Assembly: GCF_006345805.1 (NCBI RefSeq)
Contig: NC_042999.1
Location: 54,870,001-54,934,000, forward strand
Length of the DNA: 64,000 nucleotides
Origin: Octopus sinensis
Lineage: Eukaryota
Direction of reading: 5' to 3'
Each line of letters starts with the position of its first letter. The stretch's first letter is position 1. This document shows, one piece after another, positions 54,421 to 64,000 of the stretch. The notes beneath the pieces were generated by a model. It ran no database searches, had not been told where the DNA came from, and saw nothing but the letters and a program-made list of their open reading frames with translations. A program made the translations under genes and the position numbers.

Positions 54421-54693
54421 TTAAAGCCACTACACAACACTAACATGTGCAGTTATATCATACTACTAATAAAGATAACGTGACTGACCAGACTATTGAA
54501 TGTTGTTATGCATCGCTGGTCACAATACGTTTTGCATCGTTTTTTAGCTTTCAAATGGTGCCACCTTGCTGATAAGGCATACAGGCCAACATTGCCCCTG
54601 ATCGGAAAGCTATTATTTCGTTGCAGGGTGACCCTTTACGGTTGAGTGGACTGGTGCATAGTGAAATGAAATGTTTGGCTCCTGGTCTGGGAA

Positions 54694-55250
54694 GCGAAAT
54701 TTTTTTTTCTTTTTTTTTTGTCACACGATTTCCGGACCCCAGTCACAAACTCATTTGCATACAGCCAATCAGAGCTCAACTGTCAAACTAATTTATGAGC
54801 ACATAGCAAGTGATGGGTGATCAGATAAGGTCACTTGGGTAAGGAATGACCTTGCTTGTTTTCTCTTTTAAGAAAGCTTGTTGTTCTTGTCCTTATTTCA
54901 ACCATGGCTGCCTCTGCGTAGTTATTTGTGTTGTTGTTTACTTTGTAAAACAGTGAGGGGAGCGGGTTGCTAGCACATCACCCTCTACCCACATTTTCCC
55001 ATCCACACCTTTACCATATGGGGCCCTAACAAAATCCGATAATAGGTACAGATGCAAATCTATTTAATTACTTGTCTCCTTCTAAAATCAGGCATAAACT
55101 TGGCGATCGGTCAACTTACAACACCGTTCTTTGTTAACTTGAATGCCAACCTTTGTTAACTTGACAACAAGGCCAAGGTGAACTCTAATTGGCTGTATGC
55201 AAATGAGTTCATTACTGGGGTCTGGAACTCCTGTGGGAAAAAGATTTCGC
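54694..55250. mobile_element. Older foldback element with diverged TIRs of about 75-85 bp
   Basis: TTCCGGACCCCAGTCACAAACTCATTTGCATACAGCCAATCAGAGCTCA (54730-54778) mirrored at about 55179-55227; similarity extends to GCGAAAT / ATTTCGC. Confidence 0.7.
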
Positions 55251-55440
55251 ATTCGGGAAGCGAACCCATGTTCTGGCGACGGTGAGTGCAACACCCTAAC
55301 CACTGGGCCACACACCTTCACACTTAATAAAGAGATTTCTTGACAAATGTTCTTCTTCCGTTTGTGATGGAGTCGTCATGCGATCTTGTTGACAGTAATG
55401 CTCTCGTTGTTGTTGTTGTTGACAATATTGTTTAATGTTC

Positions 55441-55832
55441 AGGCGCAAGAGTGGCTGTGTGGTAAGTAGCTTGCTTACCAACCACATGGTTCTGGGTTCA
55501 GTCCCACTGCATGGCACCTTGGGCAAGTGTTTTCTGCTATAGCCTCGGGCCGACCAAAGCCTTGTGAGTGGATTTGGTAGACGGAAACTGAAAGAAGCCT
55601 GTCGTATATATGTATATATGTATGTGTGTCTGTGTTTGTCCCCGTAGCATTGCTTTGACAACTGATGTTGGTGTGTTTATGTCTCCGTTACTTAGCAGTT
55701 CGGCAAAAGAGACCGATAGAATAAGTACTGGGCTTACAAAGAATAAGTCCCGGGGTCGATTTGCTCGACTAAAGGTGGTGCTCCAGCATGGCAGCAGTCA
55801 AATGACTGAAACAAGTAAAAGAGTAAAAGAGA
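55441..55832 (+). mobile_element. SINE family B (tRNA-like head, CORE-like CTTGGGCAAG segment, CR1-type tail)
   Basis: Full-length; ends CCAGCATGGCAGCAGTCAAATGACTGAAACAAGTAAAAGAGTAAAAGAG. Confidence 0.88.
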
Positions 55833-56062
55833 GTTGTAATTGGTGTTAATGTTTCTTGATGAAAGCTTGTGACCAACTGGTTGGGCTGTCGTAAGGTTGT
55901 GAGTTCGATTCCCAACGACGCGTTGTGTCCTTGAGCAAGACACTTTATTTCACATCGCTCCAGTCCACTCAGCTGCCAAATGTGAGCTGTACCTGTAATT
56001 CAAAGGGGTCAGCCTTGTCACATTCTGTGTCATGATGAATTTCCTCGAGAACTATGTTAAGG

Positions 56063-56463
56063 TGACTGGGTATTTACATTTCTGAAGAAAAAAAAGATAC
56101 CGTTCCCCCACCCCTAACCCTAACTAACCCTAACTCTAACTCTAACCCTAAAACAGATTGAAATGCAATAGATCGATACTAGGGTCATAATTATGGGTGA
56201 CATTTTCATATAACACCGCCAGAAAATGTTGCTTACACCCTACGGCAGAAATCGTTTTCACCTCAATAGATGTCATTGATTGGTTGAAATTGCCAAAATT
56301 GAAGAAAATATCTTACAAATATCTTACAAACTACAAAATTTTCTCAAGAAAGCCAAGAGAAAAAGATGTTTTATAAACACATTCTACCAGTATATGAAGT
56401 TTAAAATTTTTTAGTTATATGGAAATTATTTTAAAAATCTGCCGGTCAAAGCAAAAAGATCCC
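56063..56463. mobile_element. About 400-bp non-autonomous insertion with an internal (CCCTAA)-like tract, splitting a SINE
   Basis: SINE family C reads ...TTAAGG, is interrupted, and resumes at ATGTGTCTGTGG (56464); telomere-like repeats at about 56112-56150. Confidence 0.65.
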
Positions 56464-57085
56464 ATGTGTCTGTGGAATACTCAGTCACTTGCACGTTCAT
56501 TACACGAGCAAGAGGGTCACGTGGTGCTTACCAAACTGGCGTCAGTTTTCACATCTGTTTTGTTTCATTTAAGTTTATTTGTAAAACTTAAATTTCCATC
56601 CTATTTAATTAATTAATTTTCAATATCATTTGAAGTTCTGTGTGTGTGACGATTAGGTCAGAGAGAGAGGAGGCGGTCATTGCGTCAGGGGGAGGGTGAT
56701 TGCGAGTGGAGGGTGGTCGTGAATAAGGGAGAGAGAGAGGGAGAGTAAAGGTAAGTGAAGAGTGATCGTGAATGAATATCATGAGTGACTGATGATCATG
56801 TGTGAGAGGGGGTATTTGTGAGGGTAGTCCTGAGTGAAAGAGAAAGACGGTAATCATGAGTGGGGAACATGAATAGAGGGTGACCATGAGTGGAGATCAT
56901 GACTATGAGAGAGCGTGACAATGAGTGGGTTTTTTTTTTTTTTACGATGGCAAACGAAAAGTTCCTAATATTTCCATAATCTTCATTCAGTTTGATTTTT
57001 ATTCCACCATATTTTCTCGTCCTCAATAATCTGATCAATATATATATGCTGAATATCTTAAAAGATTAGTTTTTGTCCTTCACAG

Positions 57086-57208
57086 ATATCAATGAATGCC
57101 TGGATGAGGATCATTGCTGTTCACAGTCCTGTTATAACAACCCAGGATCGTACATGTGCGGATGCACAGCTGGCTTCCGTTTGAAAAGAGATAGTTGTGG
57201 CTGTGAAG
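57086..57208 (+). CDS. MEGF6: MEGF6-like exon F (cbEGF with CC and CGCE signature)
   Basis: TTGTCCTTCACAG acceptor, GTAAGC donor; 123 nt; DINECLDEDHCCSQSCYNNPGSYMCGCTAGFRLKRDSCGCE, an unusual CC...CGCE module as recalled from MEGF6. Confidence 0.93.
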
Positions 57209-57240
57209 GTAAGCAGTTACCTTCCATGTAATTGTCGCTA

Positions 57241-57581
57241 GGGTCCTCGTGGCAAATTTATTGAAAGGTGGGTGAATGTCGGAAGAATGGCCAGTATGAA
57301 CGGACCAATTCTGAGGATACACCTGTAAAAAAAAAAGGTAATATAAAAGGAAAAAGGGGCTCTCTACCAGGCTCCCGTGGCTTTTATGGGTTTTTCCACG
57401 AGTAACCTTTCGAAGCACCCCCCTCTATTGGGAGTTTTTATTTGTTATATTTTTGTTGTTATCTTGCATTTTTACACGAACTTTACAAACAGACAAAACC
57501 CTTTTTGTCACTTTCGTCCTGTATTTTGTTCTTACATGTTTTATTTGATTTTTGTTAGCCCTTGTGGCCAATAAACGAATT
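57241..57581 (+). mobile_element. L1/Tx1-like LINE 3' end (ORF2 C-terminus and U-rich 3' UTR)
   Basis: KFIERWVNVGRMASMNGPILRIHL* (stop 57326-57328), then a U-rich UTR ending GCCCTTGTGGCCAATAAA and (TTA)n. Similar UTR ends at about 9690-9870 and 32030-32215. Clade call from recollection. Confidence 0.5.
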
Positions 57582-57610
57582 TATTATTATTATTATTATT
57601 ATTATTAAAA

Positions 57611-58281
57611 ACGGGCGAACTGCTGGCAGAATCGTTAGCACGCTGGATGAAATGCTTAGCGGTTTTTCGTCCATCGCTACATTTCGAGTTCGACTTTGCC
57701 TTTCATCCTTTTGGGGGTCGATAAATTAAGTACCAGTTGCGTACGGGGTCGATCTAATCGACTGCCCCTGCCCTCTTCCCTAAAATTTCAGGCCTTGTGC
57801 CTAATAATAGAAAGGGTTATTTATTATTGTTATTAATACGGCATTTTGTCCATCCTTACGTTCTGAGTTCAAATTCCGCCGAGATTAACTTTGCTTTTCA
57901 ACCTTTCAGGGCCGATAAATTAAGTAGCAGTGGGGCACTGGAGTTGATTACATCGACTTAACCACTCTCTTAAAATTTCAGACCTTGTGCCTATAGTAGA
58001 ATGGATTATTATTATTATTATTATTATTATTGTTATTATTATTACTAAGAAGGCGGCGAGCTGGCAGAATTGTTAGTATGCTGGATGACATACTTAACAG
58101 TATTTCATCCGTCTTCACGTTCTGAGTTCAAATTCCACCGAGGTCAACTTTGCCTTTCATCCTTTCGGGGTCGATAAAATAAGTACCAGTTGCATACTGG
58201 GTCGATGTAATCGACTTAATCCCTTTGTCTGTCCTTGTTTGTCTCCTCTCTGTTTAGCCCCCTGTGGGCAATAAAGAAATA
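57611..58281 (+). mobile_element. Cluster of three family A SINEs separated by (TTA)n
   Basis: Copies at about 57611-57815, 57838-58005 and 58052-58281. Confidence 0.8.
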
Positions 58282-58706
58282 GATACACACACACACACAG
58301 ATACTGATGCAAAAGGATGTGCTAACAGAGATGCATACCACAAAAAGATGAAATGGAATCTGAGACGGGACAAGACCAGAGAGAAGAGGAAACACAGAGA
58401 AGAACAGAACGTCATTGAAGAACTCTGATAAAAAATCTAATAATAATAATAAAGTGAAGGTCAAATAAACAGTGCATGTGTTTATTGGCAAAATGAACGT
58501 CCCCAAATATTTAATTAGTTAATATTCCAGTAATGTTTCCCTTATCTTTCTGGACTATAATTAATTGTTAACAATGTTATTTCTCCTCACTACAGTGACA
58601 GCAGAGGAGGAAAGGGTTAAATTAATTAACTTTTCTTAGTTCCTCCCTAAATGAATTATGTTAGCAGCAATTTTAGCATGTCGTCATGTTTCGTCTCTCT
58701 TTGTAG

Positions 58707-58829
58707 ATGTTAACGAATGTCTCAATGACAATGGAGGCTGTGAAGAGCAGTGCGTCAATTCCGAAGGGTCGTACCAATGTATCTGTAGAGTTGGCAAGCT
58801 GTTGGCTCGAGACGGCCGCACCTGTATAC
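58707..58829 (+). CDS. MEGF6: MEGF6-like exon G (calcium-binding EGF module)
   Basis: TCTCTCTTTGTAG acceptor, GTGAGT donor; 123 nt; [41 protein letters not shown]. Confidence 0.93.
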
Positions 58830-60714
58830 GTGAGTTGACAGTTTTTATAGGGGTTTCTTTTTAAGGAATAACAACAAATGGGACATACTGACATACATCC
58901 TGAACAGTTGGGCTCATTAGGGACAACAGTTATATATATATATATATACCCACACATATATATACACATACACACACATATATGTATGTATGTATGTATG
59001 TATATATGTATATATAGTAATGTAGAATGGGTGGCATGTTTGATTCTCTTTGTTTTTTGGGAAAATCCTGTAATTTTGAACACATTGTTGATTGTAATTA
59101 TAAAAAGCTCTCATGGTAGCTATGAAAGTACAGACAGTGTACAATGGCTGGGGTAACCCTGTTTCATCACAAAACCTACATCAATGTAATTGTCAGTGAA
59201 GATTTGCATCACTGAAGCAAACTTGTAAAAGCCAAAAAAATTGGAGAGTTTGGGTTTTTTTAATATTTTTTTTCAAAGATAATCACTTCTACCACTCATG
59301 CTACCATATATATGTGTATAAATATCATCAATAACGAAGGCATATGTTATACATGAACTACTTCAAGTTTCATGTTTAGATAACATATGGTGTACAATCC
59401 CACAATCTTTCAGGATTTTCACCATGGTGTAGCCATGTTATTTCACTCTGAATGATTGCCAAATTATGCACAGTACACAACACAAGCTTGTCCAATTACT
59501 GCACTATCCAAGCATGAAATTTGAAGTAGCTCATGTATAACTTCTGTATTCTTTAAATTATATCTTTAGCTGGAATCTAGTTTATCTGGACACCATTCCC
59601 AGTGGCAACCAGTTTAAAATGGTAATCAAGTCTGTAATAATCTGTGCCTTGCTGTAGGTAATAATACAATTATGTCTTTCTGAATCCAACAATTCACACA
59701 TGGTCCAGTGTTTCTCTTCAGTTTTCTCTCTATTAAGTGGATGAGAGACATTTCCTCCTGGATGAGACACTAGACTATTATACATAGTTCTCCTCCCTTA
59801 TCTTTTCCTCGGTAGGTATTGAACTCCCCACTGCAAGCTAAGTCAAATAATTGACAACCCAACAATGCTTCTATTGTTTATTACAAGAGAGTTGTTTCTG
59901 TCCTGTTGTACCAATAGACCGGACTGTTACAAGTTAAACGCCCTCACCACACACACACATAATGCAGTGTCAGGGGTAACAAACTGCCAGCCTCTTAGTT
60001 CATACTCTGACCATCCTTTATGCAACTTTATTCAGGGACACAACACAATGTTTATGAGACAAGATTTGAGCTCCTAAATTAAAAAGCGCCAAACTAAACC
60101 AGAGAAATGGATTTTTAAAAATAAATCTCATTTCATTAATTGTCTGATGATTATGTGGGGAACTGTTCTGGATAAGGACATCATAGAAGATAGAAAGGAA
60201 GTAGGGTTGACTTCTGGAGAGGTGTCTGATAAATTAATCCAGTATGATCCAGGTTTATGTGTTTAGGATTAAGACACACTTGTATCAAATTTTAATCCGT
60301 GCAGGCAAGGAAAATTTTGATTATGGATGAAGATTTCGGTTTATTCAATGAAAAGTCTTTCTGAGTGACATCTTCTGGGCTTTTAATTAAGCTAAAAGTC
60401 ATTAGTCCAAAATGACAGTGAGTGTAATTATGTTAATTATACTTAATGAAGATTTAGTAAAACAAATTTTTTCTGAAGAATTCAGCAGAGTAAAGTTAGG
60501 TGAAACAACTGGAAAAGTCATTTATGAGAAATATTTACATTAATTTCATGCATAGAGAGAGAGTTCGGTTCCACTGCACAGCACCGCACCTTGGATGAGT
60601 ATCTTCTACTGAAGTGCTGGGCTGTCCAAAGCCTTGTCAGTGGAATTGGTGGTTGGAAACTGAAAGAAGACCATTGTGTGTGTGTATGTGTGTGTGCTAC
60701 TGTTATAAAGCAGT

Positions 60715-60900
60715 GTTGTGTCATTCTTTTCCAGTATTCTGTAAAAGCATGTCTGTTCAGGGGAAGAGTATTACCTTGCTTGAAAACAGGTGAGGGTTAG
60801 TGACAGGAAGGGCATCTGTTTACAGAAAAAATCTGCCTCAATAAATTCCGTCTGACCCATGCAAGCATGGAAAGGTGGACTTTAAAACAATGATGAGATA
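60715..60900 (+). repeat. Interspersed repeat ending GCAAGCATGGAAAG..GAC.TTAAA(TGA)n
   Basis: Related pieces at about 39310-39420 (+), 42420-42640 (-) and 62860-63010 (-). Confidence 0.5.
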
Positions 60901-61539
60901 TAGAAAGACATACAAGTACATACATGCATCCATATGATGGCCGTCCTCTCATGACCAAGGAAGACCATTGCCAACCTATCATCCATATATACACATACAT
61001 TGCTGACCTATGCATCCATATACACACATACATACAAACATAATCACATACATAAGTACACACATCATGATGCTGACCCTGTCATCCTCACATCAATATT
61101 AATTCCAAAAGAAACTTTCACCTATTTCTATACACGTTATATACATTATACAACTATTATATACATGTGTGTATACTCATACACACACACACATAAACAT
61201 AATGCATACATATGTGCATACATACCCATATGTACATATCCATACATACATACACTTTTATACACATGCACGTGGACACACATACACACCCATGTAGACA
61301 AATTCAAACATATATACATGTACACATACATACATACATACACACACGCACATACAGTTTTTATAATTGTCCTGAAACAGGATATCTCACCATTAGTATT
61401 TGTTTTTGGTACCAATAAAGAATTAACAGCCTTCCACTTTCACATCAAATACCACAACTTGTTGTGTCAAAAATGAATTACTAAACACTTAATTAGTTAA
61501 GGAGCTATTTATAATGATTAACATGAGAAGCAGATTAAA

Positions 61540-61733
61540 GGCAACGAGCTGGCAAAGTCGTTAGCATGCCAGATGAAATGCTTAGTGGCATTTCATCCAT
61601 CTTTATGTCCTGAGTTCAAATTCCACCAAGGTTGACTTTGCCTTTCACCCTTTCAAGGTTAGTAAAATATGTAACAGCCAAGCACCAGGCTCCTGCCAAA
61701 ATTTCAGACCTGAAAATTATAGAAAGGAATATT
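61540..61733 (+). mobile_element. SINE family A monomer, strongly CpG-decayed
   Basis: Head and core recognisable; most CpG converted to TpG/CpA. Confidence 0.75.
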
Positions 61734-61743
61734 AAAAAGCAGC

Positions 61744-62734
61744 TTAACCCTTTTCTTACCATATTTCTGTTGAGATGTTCTGTGTTTCTTTCAATTAATT
61801 TTAAATATAACAAAGAATTTAGTAAAATAACTTTGTTATCATTAAGCTTATGTTAGGAACATAAATTGTGACTAAGGTTTGGTGGGAGATTTTAATTCAA
61901 AACTTAATGGAAACAAGACATTTGTACTCATGAGCCAGACCCGGTTTCAGCCGGGTTGGTATCAAAAGGGTTAAGAATTGTTTCTCTATTATATATTTTA
62001 ACTCTTTTCTTACCATTTTTCTGTTGAGATGTTCTGTGTTTCTTTCAATTAATTTTAAATATAACAAAGAATTTAGTAAAATAACTTGGTTATCATTAAG
62101 CTTATGTTAGGAACATAAATTGTGACTAAGGTTTTGTGGGAGATTTTAATTCAAAACTTAATGGAAACAAGACATTTGTACTCATGAGCCAGAGACGGTT
62201 TCAGCCATGTTGGTATCAAAAGGGTTAAGAATTGTTTCTCTATTATATATTTTAACCCTTTTCTTACCATATTTCTGTTGAGATGGTCTGTGTTTCTTTC
62301 AGTTAATTTTAAATATATCAAAGAATTTAGTAAAATAACTTTGTTATCATTCAACCAGTGTTAGGAAAATAAATTGTGACTAAGGTTTGGTGGGAGATTT
62401 TAATTCAAAACTTATGGAAGCAAGACATTTATACTCATGAGCCAGAGCCGGTTTCAGCCGGGTTGGTATCAAAAGGGTTAAGAATTGTTTCTCTATTATA
62501 TATTTTAACTCTTTTCTTAACATATTTCTGTTGAGATGTTCTGTGTTTCTTTCAGTTAATTTTAAATATATCAAAGAATTTAGTAAAATAACTTTGTTAT
62601 CATTCAACTAGTGTTAGGAACATGAATTGTGACTAAGGTTTAGTGGAAGATTTTAATTCAAAACTTATGGAAACAAGACATTTGTACTCATGAGCCAGAG
62701 CCGGTTTCAGCCGGGTTGATGACGAAAGGGTTAA
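61744..62734. mobile_element. Tandem array of four piggyBac-type MITEs (222-223 bp each) with 23-bp spacers
   Basis: Copies at 61748-61970, 62002-62224, 62256-62477 and 62509-62730, each TTAA|C(C/T)CTTTT...AAAGGG|TTAA; period 253-254 bp. Confidence 0.88.
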
Positions 62735-64000
62735 AGAGACAGACGTCAGAATGACAAATAAACAAATACAGGGTGAACTTTTGGATTTATTGTCCCAATT
62801 TGTTGATCGTGGCTGCGGATGCCCCTGTCACCATCATCGTTTTTACTGATTGCAATTCCATTTTTGCATGGCTCAGACAAAGCTTAATGAGGCAGAATTT
62901 TCTATGGCTGGGTGCTCTTCCTGTCATCAACCATCACCTTTTTTCAAGCAAGGTAATATTTCCCCATGGCCAGAAAATGCTTTTACAGGAGGTAAGAAAC
63001 AAACGACACTGCTTGTATAACAGTGACCCTCATTTACAACTACCAAACAATGTCAAAACAAAGACACACACACACAATGGGCTTCTTTCAGTTTCCTAAC
63101 AATGTTAAGTGGAAATTTTTTCTCTTTTGACTTTGTAGTATATATATACATAATATAAATACTATATAAATATATGCATATATACATACATATATGTACA
63201 TACCTACATATATATGTATATATACATGCATATATTGGTACTGGACATCAAAAAAAAAACGTTAAACACAATGAGAAACGAAAACATAAAAACAAAAACA
63301 TAGAAAACGAACTTTTTTTTCGAACAACGAAAAGAAAACAAACAGGGAAACGAGATATGCAACATAAAAAATATTCCCCTTCTTCAGTTGTCCCTGTTTC
63401 ACACACACACACACACACACACACAAAAGTAATAGTTTAAATGAGGAAAGGAGAAGTAAAATTGACATTACAATTGTTTCCATAACTGGACATCTCATAG
63501 AATGTTATGTAATGCATATGGAAAGATGTAATAACATTCCTTTAGTCCATTCACTTCCTCAGATGTCATAACCTGAAGGTATAATCTTTCGATTTTGGAA
63601 TGCTGTGCTAGCCAGGGTCCTGCATGGTGTGCTTATGTGGTGATAGCCAAGATTATAAATATTCCCTCAGTCTATATTTATATATATTGATTATAAACAG
63701 ACCTATATGATAGATTGTCTATGTGTTTGAGGTATAGTTTAAAATATCAACATATACACTAACCATCCACTACATCCATTCAGTGAGAACTTTCTGGAAA
63801 AATACTTCCAAAGACAATTCTGGAAAATATCAAAACACTTTCTGAGACATATTTTCTCAAAACCCAAGAAAAAACAAAACCACCATCTGCTGTCTTTATT
63901 ATTTTAATTTAATATTATCATCGTTATTATTATTATTATTTTCGTTTATTTTTCTGATCAACCCAGTTAAAATCTCCAGAGGAGATACCCCAGTAACCCC

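Noticed and set aside
56112-56150. Interstitial telomere or fusion site
   Set aside because: About six degenerate units in one orientation inside an inserted element.
61744-62734. CRISPR-like array
   Set aside because: Eukaryotic intron; the long part is the repeat, the short spacers are identical, and there are no cas genes.
58830-64000. Next MEGF6 exon (linker or laminin-type EGF)
   Set aside because: AG sites I tested (about 59574, 59815, 59917, 63563) hit in-frame stops within a few codons; the next exon probably lies beyond the window.

Overview
Eukaryotic, AT-rich, repeat-saturated genomic DNA, most consistent with an octopus or other coleoid cephalopod. That assignment is an inference from the SINE/MITE/LINE families and the microsatellite load, not a database result. 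The window lies inside one + strand gene. Seven short symmetric phase-1 exons (1392-58829) encode consecutive EGF/cbEGF modules in the same order as the N-terminal EGF block of vertebrate MEGF6. The fifth exon is 1 nt short (137 nt) and frameshifted as assembled. A 36-kb intron spans a 100-N scaffold gap. The introns hold a near full-length CR1-clade LINE with a CCCH-finger ORF1 remnant, further CR1, R4/Dong, L1/Tx1-like, L2-like and Penelope-like fragments, at least four tRNA-headed SINE families, and hAT, piggyBac-like, Helitron, Helentron-like and foldback elements. The most unusual structures are (1) SINE dimers built from a headless 180-185 bp unit with a fixed GAAATAG|GTATTTC junction, inserted within single TSD pairs, and (2) a four-copy piggyBac-type MITE array separated by an invariant 23-bp spacer. 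I found no CRISPR, rRNA or true tRNA gene. Nearly all ORFs in the supplied track are microsatellite or SINE artefacts. Exon, TSD and TIR coordinates were counted directly; ends of degenerate repeats are approximate.
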